Source: Archangium sp.
GTDB lineage: Bacteria > Myxococcota > Myxococcia > Myxococcales > Myxococcaceae
Assembly: GCA_031367385.1 (NCBI GenBank)
Contig: JANLPS010000418.1
Span: 1-35,108, forward strand
Length of the DNA: 35,108 bases
Direction: 5' to 3'
The position numbers were made by a program, and so were the translations under genes. This document shows, one piece after another, positions 25,378 through 32,827 of the stretch. Below the pieces are notes generated by a model that ran no database searches, had not been told where the DNA came from, and saw only the letters and a program-made list of their open reading frames with translations. Each line of letters starts with the position of its first letter. The first letter of the stretch is position 1.

Positions 25378-25395
25378 TGTCGCAACGTTGCGACA
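25378..25395. promoter_or_regulatory. Perfect 18-bp palindrome (possible operator or hairpin)
   Basis: TGTCGCAACGTTGCGACA, intergenic, upstream of the DUF4331 pair. Confidence 0.4.
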
Positions 25396-25508
25396 GCTGT
25401 CTGACGGTGTGGCGCCTTGAGCTGGGCGCCCCCCGCATGGCGCGTCGGCGGTAGGGCTCGAACGCGGACGTTGCGATTGGCGCATCGACCGGCGACAGTG
25501 CGCTCCCC

Positions 25509-26180
25509 ATGCGACCCCTCTTTGCGGTGCTGCTGCTCGTCGCGTCGGCCGCTCACGCGTTCGACCACTTCGACGGCCCCCGCGTCGTAAGCAACCCGGT
25601 CGGCGACCTCACTGACCTCTTCGCCTGGGTGAGCGCTGACGCCAACACGGTGAACCTGGCGTTGACCGTCGACCCTAGCGCGACCTCAACTTCAAGCTTC
25701 GGCCCCACGGTGCAGTATGCCTTTCACATCGAGTCGATGACCGCGTTCGGCGTGTCGGCGGTGAAGAGCACCACCCTCATCTGCACCTTCGACGCGCTTC
25801 AGCAGATCAGCTGCTGGCTGGGCGCTGACCGAGTGATCTCTGGCGACGCCTCGAGCCCCTTGGGGCTCAGCAACGCCGGCGGCACTTTCAAAGTCTTCGC
25901 CGGCCCACGCAAAGACCCGGCCTTTGCCAATACCCAGGGGCTGCGTGACTTTCGCGCAGCGTTGATCGCGGGCGCGTACGACCAAAGCGTGTGCCCGACC
26001 ATTGCTCCCGGTGACCGAGCGGCGTTGCTGAATCTGCTCAAGGGCTCCTCGAGCGGCGCGCCCGTCAATGCGTTCGCTTCGAGCCACGTGCTGGCGCTGG
26101 TTATCAGCCTCGATAAGCGCTTGCTGACCGCGGGCGGCGACATCGTTTCGGTGTGGGCCTCGACCCACCAGGCGCCATGA
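25509..26180 (+). CDS. DUF4331 family secreted protein (N-terminal part)
   Basis: Signal peptide, then AFDHFDGP...GDLTDLFAW, FAGPRKDPAF and VLALVISL. Confidence 0.8.
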   Translation: MRPLFAVLLLVASAAHAFDHFDGPRVVSNPVGDLTDLFAWVSADANTVNLALTVDPSATSTSSFGPTVQYAFHIESMTAFGVSAVKSTTLICTFDALQQISCWLGADRVISGDASSPLGLSNAGGTFKVFAGPRKDPAFANTQGLRDFRAALIAGAYDQSVCPTIAPGDRAALLNLLKGSSSGAPVNAFASSHVLALVISLDKRLLTAGGDIVSVWASTHQAP

Positions 26181-26920
26181 TGCGGCGAGCTTCGTTTCTT
26201 TCAGCGACCGTCATGCTTGTTGTGATCGCCACTGGGTGCCCCACCGCGATGGGGGGCGAGAAGCAGCCATGTTACGGCAATATGACCTGCAACCCGGGCC
26301 TGGCGTGCTTGAGCGACCTCTGCGTCAACAACCGCAGCGCCGATGCGGGTGCAACCGTCGGCGACGCGGGCGCTCCTGCCGATGCTGGTGCCGATGCTGG
26401 TACACCAGGCTTCGATGCCGGTTCGCCCGTCGATGCGGGCACTGCTGGGCCTCCGGCCCTCGGCCCCCAAATCGACCGAGTCGGTCGCCCGATGATTTCA
26501 AGTGCCTTCGTCGATTTCACCGCCGCTTCGCGCGGCCAGAAACTCGACGAATGGAACGCGGCGCCCAGACCCGAGTGGTCGTCGCTCAATGTCGAGCTGT
26601 CGCCGAGTCTCGCGATGTACGATGCGCTCGATGGGTGCGGTGACTCGGCCTTCATCGGGCAAGCACCCCCGAAATACTTGAATGCGAGCGTGCTGTTGGC
26701 CAATGACCAACTCTTTTTCGATACCCGGCTCGGCACCTGCCTCACGGTTCTCGCGGTCGAGCGACATGTCACGGGTGATTGCGGAGGTCGCGCGCCAGGT
26801 GTCGACGCGGTCGACCAGATGTATTCGCTGTTCATCAATGGGCAGAGCTCGGGCGTGACCGATGGCATCACGGCCCCGGCTGACCTCTCGACGACGTTTC
26901 CCTTCTTTGGGGCACCGTAG
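26177..26920 (+). CDS. Lipoprotein with Cys-rich module, DAG linker and DUF4331-like C-terminal part
   Basis: ATGA overlap; lipobox ATGC. QIDRVGRPMIS, GGRAPGVDAVD and STTFPFFGAP match the DUF4331 C-terminal pattern. Confidence 0.72.
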   Translation: MMRRASFLSATVMLVVIATGCPTAMGGEKQPCYGNMTCNPGLACLSDLCVNNRSADAGATVGDAGAPADAGADAGTPGFDAGSPVDAGTAGPPALGPQIDRVGRPMISSAFVDFTAASRGQKLDEWNAAPRPEWSSLNVELSPSLAMYDALDGCGDSAFIGQAPPKYLNASVLLANDQLFFDTRLGTCLTVLAVERHVTGDCGGRAPGVDAVDQMYSLFINGQSSGVTDGITAPADLSTTFPFFGAP

Positions 26921-27023
26921 CGACACGTCGGGGCCGTGAAGGCGCTCCTGATGGTTCGTACCGAACGACCAATCCCGCTTGGTCTCGAGGTAAGCAGGGC
27001 TTCCCGAGCAGTGAGTCGAGCGC

Positions 27024-27830
27024 CTAGAAAGACCCGCTCACGCTCACGCCGCCCGGTTGCACCGCGACGCGCACGCCGGTCTGCCGATGAAAAAGCATAG
27101 GCAGGGCGACCGCGAAGGCTGCGCCGACCGCCGCTCCGACAATCACATCGGTGGCCCAGTGCTTGTCAGCCGCGAGCCGCACAAACGCCGTGGCCGTCGC
27201 GAGGGGTACGCCCACCGCCCACGTCACCCACGCGTACTTGAAGCCGTGCAGCGTCGAGACCATGCCCGCCGAGACCGCCAGGCCCACCGCGAACGTCGTG
27301 TGCCCGCTGTAAAACGACAGGTTCTGATCGGCTCGGTCGGGGGCCGTCGCCAAGAACGTATCTGACTCATTGACCGTGTACGGCCGGGCCCTCCCGACGC
27401 TGAACTTCACCAGCTGGTTCGTCGCCATCGCCGCGAAGGTCGCCTCAGCGATGATCGTCAAATCGGCCGCCCAGCGCGTGAGCCAGGAGTCAGTGCCGTC
27501 ATGCTCGAACAAGGCATCAAGGCCGAACAACAACACCGGCATCGCGACCAGCGACACCAGGTTGCTCGCGGTGTCGGGCGCGGGCAGCCCAGAGAGGCTC
27601 CCGGTCAGGGTCGGGTTGAAGTTGCGGCGAATCGTGGTGTCGAAGTCGTTCACCGCGCACCAGCGGCACCCGCCAGGCGCCAGTGGCCGCTTGAACGCGA
27701 TCTCGGTCACGAGCCAGCCCAGCCCCAGGGTGATGGTGACTGGCAAGTCGACCGCGGGCAGCCACTTGAGCTCACTGGGGGCATCGGCTGGGGCGACGGC
27801 GACGAAGAGGCTCAGCAGGAGACCCGGCAT
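27024..27830 (-). CDS. PAP2-family membrane phosphatase
   Basis: KFSVGRARP, SFYSGH, RLAADKHWATDV. Confidence 0.9.
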   Translation of the reverse strand: MPGLLLSLFVAVAPADAPSELKWLPAVDLPVTITLGLGWLVTEIAFKRPLAPGGCRWCAVNDFDTTIRRNFNPTLTGSLSGLPAPDTASNLVSLVAMPVLLFGLDALFEHDGTDSWLTRWAADLTIIAEATFAAMATNQLVKFSVGRARPYTVNESDTFLATAPDRADQNLSFYSGHTTFAVGLAVSAGMVSTLHGFKYAWVTWAVGVPLATATAFVRLAADKHWATDVIVGAAVGAAFAVALPMLFHRQTGVRVAVQPGGVSVSGSF

Positions 27831-27870
27831 GGAGCCTCAGCATGGAACAACCGCGGCCACTTCGCGAGAA

Positions 27871-28299
27871 TCAGCCGTAACGCCGGTGCTCAACCAGCAG
27901 ACACCGGTTCTGCACCACATCAATGCCCGCTGCGACCAGCAGCTTCGCCGCCTCGTCATTCTCGATGCCCAGCTGCATCCACACCACTTTGGGCTTCTTG
28001 GCGATGAGCTCGGGCACGTGGGCCAACACGTCTGACGGCCGGCGAAACACGTCGACCAGGTCGAGCTCGCCGGGCACGTCTTTCACCGAGCGATACACCG
28101 GCTGCCCCAAAATCTGAGTCACATCGGGGTAGTACACTGGCACCGGCACCACCTCGATGCCCTGACGCTGCAGATACGCCGGCACGTCGAATGACGGTTG
28201 GCCCGCTTGCCCTTCGGTCTTGATGCCGAGCACCGCGATGCGCTTGGTCTGCTTGACGACCTGCTCGATGCCCGCTTCGTCTTCGATGATTCGTGCCAT
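27871..28299 (-). CDS. CoA-binding domain protein (YccU-like)
   Basis: IAVLGI, YLQRQG, VPVP, DLVDVFRRP, VWMQLGI, VVQNRC. Start at ATG 28299. Confidence 0.9.
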   Translation of the reverse strand: MARIIEDEAGIEQVVKQTKRIAVLGIKTEGQAGQPSFDVPAYLQRQGIEVVPVPVYYPDVTQILGQPVYRSVKDVPGELDLVDVFRRPSDVLAHVPELIAKKPKVVWMQLGIENDEAAKLLVAAGIDVVQNRCLLVEHRRYG

Positions 28300-28338
28300 G
28301 CCGCACAATCACCAAAGGCCCGGCCGTTCGCCACCGTT

Positions 28339-29244
28339 TTACGCGGCGCTCAGCTCGAGCCGGCGCAGAATCTCCGCCCCGCTCGGCCGCTCGGCCGGGT
28401 CGACGCGCAGTAACGCCTTCGCCAGCTCACTCAAGTCAGCTGGCAACAGGGGCTCGATCGACCTCGGGTCGGGTGCGGCCCGCTGCTGCTTCTCGACCAG
28501 CACACCCATCGCGGTGCCGAAGAAGGGCAGCCGCCCCGTCAGCGCCTCGAACAACACCACTCCGAGGGCGTACCAATCAGCCGCATGGGTGATCGCTCGC
28601 CCCGCCGCTTGCTCTGGAGACATGTAGGCCACCGTGCCCGCGATCTCTTCTTGCTGCCGGGGCTTGCCGAAATCATGAACCTCGGCAGCCAGCCCAAAGT
28701 CGAGAATCACCACCCGGCCGTTCGCGGTGACCAGCATGTTGTTGGGCTTGATGTCTCGGTGCACCTTGCCCGACGCATGGAGCGCCATCAGCCCGCTCGC
28801 CACCTGCGCCAGCGACGCCCGCAGTCGCGTGACATTGAGCGTGCCACCCATGGTGCGGCTCGGCACGTCATTCAACTGCCCCGGAGCACTCAGGTTCTCG
28901 ACGATCGGCAGCCGCTCCGTCGTGGGCGCGGGGGCCAACCGCTCGCCGAGAGGCCGCACGTATTCGAGCAACCCCACCCCGTCGACCAGCCGCATCGTGA
29001 AGTACCAGGTGCCCTGCGCGTTGCCGAAGTCGAACAGCTCGACCAGGTTCGGGTGAGTCAGGTGCTGAATCGACCGAAACTCCTGCTTGAACGCGAACAG
29101 GCTGTCGGGGCTGATCGTGCGCAGGGTCTTCAGCGCGACCACCTCCCGGGTCTCCATGTCGAGCGCTGCGTAGACGACGCCGTGAGACCCTTCGCCGAGC
29201 ACCCGCAGTATCTGAAAGCGTTCGGTATTTTCGAACCGTTGCAC
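28339..29244 (-). CDS. Stand-alone Hanks-type Ser/Thr protein kinase
   Basis: LGEGSHGVV, VALK, HRDIKPNN, DFG, YMSPEQ, DWYALG. Start taken as GTG 29244 (29250 possible); the longer ORF overlaps the divergent gene. Confidence 0.88.
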   Translation of the reverse strand: MQRFENTERFQILRVLGEGSHGVVYAALDMETREVVALKTLRTISPDSLFAFKQEFRSIQHLTHPNLVELFDFGNAQGTWYFTMRLVDGVGLLEYVRPLGERLAPAPTTERLPIVENLSAPGQLNDVPSRTMGGTLNVTRLRASLAQVASGLMALHASGKVHRDIKPNNMLVTANGRVVILDFGLAAEVHDFGKPRQQEEIAGTVAYMSPEQAAGRAITHAADWYALGVVLFEALTGRLPFFGTAMGVLVEKQQRAAPDPRSIEPLLPADLSELAKALLRVDPAERPSGAEILRRLELSAA

Positions 29245-29339
29245 GCCCACGAAGTTAGCTGAAAACCGCGGCGCGCCCTCGTTTTGGTTGATGCCTTGGC
29301 TTGTTGCGAAGCGCACCCGTTGAGAGCAAAAGCCCCAGC

Positions 29340-30407
29340 ATGCGAACCAGTGCCTGGGGTGTGATGACGTGTGCGCTCGTACTCCTTTCTGGGTGCAACG
29401 ACTCCGAACCGGGGTCGGCGGCCGATTCGGGCAGCACAGCCACCTCTGACGCTGGCACCCGGGTCGACGCAGGCGCCGTGCTCCCCGTCGACGCGGGCAC
29501 CGTGACCGACGCTGGCAGCTCAACGCCAATCGACGCCGGCACGCTCGTCGACGCAGGCGCTGTTCGCGACGCAGGCACCGTCACGCCCGACTCCGGAGTG
29601 CAGACCTTCTCCGTCACCCTCGACCCGATCACCCTCGCCGCCGACTCCGAGGTCACCAAGTGCGTCGTGCTCGCGCTGTCGAACACCGCGCCCGTGCACG
29701 TGCAATCGATTCACACCACCCTGACCGGCTCGAGCGAGCTCGTCGTCTACACGTCGAACGCCTCGGCTGAGAGCCGCACGCCCACCGACTGCCTGATGGG
29801 CGACTTCAACGAGGGCAAGGGCTCGGCGCTCACTTTCACCCAAAAGGCCAACGAGACGCTCACCTTGCCCGCCGCCACCGGCTTCACCTTTGGCGCGGGG
29901 CAGTTGATTCGCCTCAAGGTGCACGCCATTGAATTCGGAGCCGCCACGCCCGTCTCTGCCACCGTCAGCTTCACCACCCAGCCCGATGCCGACTTTCAAT
30001 ACGAGGCCGGCATGCTGTTGGTGGGCACCCAGAACATCAACATCCCCGCGGCGTCGAGCCCGACCACCACCGGCACGTTCGCCGTGCCCACCATCGCCGT
30101 CGGCAGCAAGCTCCTCGTCGTCGCCGCGCACACGCACGCCCTGGGCACCGAAGAGAAAGTGCGCCTGGGCACCTCGCTCATTTACACCAGCACGACGCCC
30201 AACGACCCTTCGCTCGCGGTCGTCACCCCGCCCCGCTCGCTCACCTCGAGCGAGATGATCGGCCTCGACTGCAGCTGGGCCAACACCGGTGGCTCGCAGG
30301 TGCGCTTTGGGTTCGCGTTCGGCGATGAGCAGTGCTTCGTGCGCATGCATTACGCCCCGGCCACCGGGTCGGTGGTCTGCACCGAGTCGGTCTGCCTGGC
30401 GTATTAA
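29340..30407 (+). CDS. Lipoprotein with copper type II monooxygenase (PHM/DBM)-like fold, ligand set altered
   Basis: Lipobox LSGC, DAG linker, EVTKC, RLKVH, AHTHALG, LDCSWAN, GDEQC. Confidence 0.7.
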   Translation: MRTSAWGVMTCALVLLSGCNDSEPGSAADSGSTATSDAGTRVDAGAVLPVDAGTVTDAGSSTPIDAGTLVDAGAVRDAGTVTPDSGVQTFSVTLDPITLAADSEVTKCVVLALSNTAPVHVQSIHTTLTGSSELVVYTSNASAESRTPTDCLMGDFNEGKGSALTFTQKANETLTLPAATGFTFGAGQLIRLKVHAIEFGAATPVSATVSFTTQPDADFQYEAGMLLVGTQNINIPAASSPTTTGTFAVPTIAVGSKLLVVAAHTHALGTEEKVRLGTSLIYTSTTPNDPSLAVVTPPRSLTSSEMIGLDCSWANTGGSQVRFGFAFGDEQCFVRMHYAPATGSVVCTESVCLAY

Positions 30408-30440
30408 AACCGGGCCAGCTGCGGGTAGAGTGCCGCGCTC

Positions 30441-32000
30441 ATGATCGCCTCTCTGTTAGTGACTGTCGTGGTGTCGGTTGCTCCCTCGAAACCGGCCTCG
30501 GCCTACGAGCTCGACCCGGCGACCTTCGTGGCGATGGCCAAGAGCGACCTGGTGAGCCTGCGACGCTTCGTGCAAGGCATGGAGACCGTCGCCACCACGG
30601 TCAAAGCCAACCAAGCGCTCTTCTCGGCCTCGACCGGTCGCATCTACGACCGTGAGCAGAAGCAGCTGCTGCTGGGCACCTGGGGCTCGCTGTTCGCCTT
30701 CTTCAGCGCCACCGAAGGCCTGCGCCAAAAATACTGGGACTTCGTCAAGCGCTCACCCCTCGACCCCCGTCACGCCTGGGGGTTTCTGCTCACCCACACC
30801 GCGCTGACCGCGCTGCTCTCGCACGGCCTGCAGTTCGCCAATGAAACGCTCGGCAACAAACAGCTCGAGACCCTCTTCGACGAGGCCAACGACGAGTTCG
30901 GAGTGCCCCGCGGCGCCTTCGCCAGCTTCAAGGTGAAGTCGATTCACGTCGCCACCACCACCCAGCTGCTCACCGGAGAGCTCTGGTCGAGCGCCCCGCA
31001 CGCCGCGCTCGAGACCAAGCCTGGGCCCGAGGCCGAGAACGTCGAGTGGGCCCTGGCCGAGATGAAACGCGACACCGGTCTGGCCAAGGCCGCCCTCACC
31101 ACCGCTGGCGTGAAGCTCTTCGGCGTCAACGCCAAAGACATCGTCAAGACCAACACCGCGCAGGCCATCTTCCCCGTGCAGAAGAGCTTCGCCGAGTGGG
31201 CCGGAGACACCCGCGTCGCCCGCCAAGGCAAGCCGCTCATCACCCGGGCGCAAATCGACGCGCTGGTGCTGCCCAAGCTGCAACCCGGCGACGTGCTGGT
31301 CGCTCGGCAGAACTGGTTTCTCTCGAACATCGGGCTGCCCGGGTTCTGGCCGCACGCGCTGCTCTTCGTCGGCACGCCTACCGAGCTGAAGGCGACCTTC
31401 GACGAGAACCCCGAGGTCAAGGCCTGGGCGCTCTCGCAACCCGAGAAGGCCGCGGGCCTGTCGGAGCTGCTGGCGAAGCGCTTCCCCTCCAAGTGGAAGA
31501 GCTACACCACCGGGCCCGACTTTCAGAACCACGCGCCGATTCGGGTCATCGAGTCGATCAGCGAGGGGGTCAGCTTCACCGCCGTCGAGCACGCGTTCGG
31601 CGTCGACTACCTCGCCGCGATGCGCCCCACCGTCTCACCGCTCGAGAAAGCCCGCGCGATTGAACGGGCCTTCGCCTACGTCGGCAGACCGTATGACTTC
31701 GACTTCGACTTCTTCAGCGACACCTCATTGGTGTGCACCGAGCTCGTTTACAAGAGCTACCAACCGTCGGCCCAGATGAAGGGCATCCCCCTCGACCTGG
31801 TCGACGTCGCGGGGCGGCGCACCCTGCCGGCGAATGACATCGTTCGGCAATACGACTCGGCGTTGGCCGTGCCTGGCCACCCGCTCGAGTTCGTGCTCTT
31901 CATCGACGCGAAAGAGAAGACCGCCCAGGCCTTCGAAGCCACCGCCGATGCCTTTCGCTCGTCGTGGAAACGGGTGAAGTGGGACGTGGCGCTCCAGTGA
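30441..32000 (+). CDS. Secreted permuted papain-like amidase (YiiX/YebB, NlpC/P60 superfamily) with helical N-terminal domain
   Basis: LQPGDVLV, PGFWPHALLFVG (His), VIESISEGV, GRPYDFDF...LVCTELV (Cys); His precedes Cys as in the permuted family. Confidence 0.85.
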   Translation: MIASLLVTVVVSVAPSKPASAYELDPATFVAMAKSDLVSLRRFVQGMETVATTVKANQALFSASTGRIYDREQKQLLLGTWGSLFAFFSATEGLRQKYWDFVKRSPLDPRHAWGFLLTHTALTALLSHGLQFANETLGNKQLETLFDEANDEFGVPRGAFASFKVKSIHVATTTQLLTGELWSSAPHAALETKPGPEAENVEWALAEMKRDTGLAKAALTTAGVKLFGVNAKDIVKTNTAQAIFPVQKSFAEWAGDTRVARQGKPLITRAQIDALVLPKLQPGDVLVARQNWFLSNIGLPGFWPHALLFVGTPTELKATFDENPEVKAWALSQPEKAAGLSELLAKRFPSKWKSYTTGPDFQNHAPIRVIESISEGVSFTAVEHAFGVDYLAAMRPTVSPLEKARAIERAFAYVGRPYDFDFDFFSDTSLVCTELVYKSYQPSAQMKGIPLDLVDVAGRRTLPANDIVRQYDSALAVPGHPLEFVLFIDAKEKTAQAFEATADAFRSSWKRVKWDVALQ

Positions 32001-32818
32001 CCAGCAAGACCTACGAGGTGGGCAACCCGCCCGGGCGCGATGAGCTGCTCGAGGCCCTCGCCATGCGGCCGCCCCGGCTCGACCTGATCGCGCTTGCGAT
32101 TTCACGCTTGGGCAACCCCGAGCTCGACTTCGAAGGCCCGCTCCGGCGGCTCGACTCGCTCGCGAACCGGGTTCGGGCCCGCGCCGGTGATGACCCGGTG
32201 GCCTCGCTCATTTCGGTGCTGGCCGATGAAGAGGGCTTCGAGGGTGACCACGTCGTCTTCGACCACCCGATGAACAGCTTTCTCGACGTGGTGCTCGAGC
32301 GGCGCCGCGGCCTGCCGATTCTGCTCTCAGTGCTCTACCTCGAGGTCGCCAGACGCGCGGGTCTCGAGGCCGGAGGCGTCGCGCTCCCCGGCCACTTCGT
32401 GGTGCAGGTCGAGAAGGTGTTGATCGACCCGTTCAACAACGGCAAGCGGTTGACCGAGCGCGATGCCCAACGCATCGTCAAGCGCGCGTCGAGCTCGGCG
32501 CAGTTCTCAGCCGAGATGCTCAGGCCACCCTCGGCGAAGGCCATCGCGACCAGAATCTTGAACAACCTCAAGGGCTCGTGGATTCAGCGAAACGACACCG
32601 ATGAGGCGCTCAGCGCGGTCGACATGCTGCTGGTGCTCTCGCCCAGACACCCTTCTGAGGTGCGCCTGCGCGCCGGGCTGCTGATGGAGCTGGGAGCCTT
32701 TCGCGCTGCCCTCACCGACATCGAGTCGTGCCTCACCGAGACGCCCCAACCGCCCGATTACGCCGCCCTGGTCAGAACCGCGAAGGGCCTGCGCGATCGG
32801 GTCGGCCAGCTCCACTGA
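31997..32818 (+). CDS. SirB1-like protein (Transglut_core2 plus TPR)
   Basis: NSFLDVVLERRRGLPILLSVLY, GVALPGHF, IDPFNNG, RILNNLK, TPR-like end. GTGA overlap. Confidence 0.88.
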   Translation: MTSKTYEVGNPPGRDELLEALAMRPPRLDLIALAISRLGNPELDFEGPLRRLDSLANRVRARAGDDPVASLISVLADEEGFEGDHVVFDHPMNSFLDVVLERRRGLPILLSVLYLEVARRAGLEAGGVALPGHFVVQVEKVLIDPFNNGKRLTERDAQRIVKRASSSAQFSAEMLRPPSAKAIATRILNNLKGSWIQRNDTDEALSAVDMLLVLSPRHPSEVRLRAGLLMELGAFRAALTDIESCLTETPQPPDYAALVRTAKGLRDRVGQLH

Positions 32819-32827
32819 CGTGAAGGC

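Noticed and set aside
22386..26920. Horizontally acquired island
   Set aside because: Codon usage looks slightly less GC-biased by eye, but I cannot quantify it, there are no mobility genes or att sites, and the proteins carry the host-type DAG linkers.
29245..29529. N-terminal extension of kinase ORF 28339-29529
   Set aside because: Arg/Cys-rich shadow sequence that overlaps the divergent lipoprotein start at 29340.
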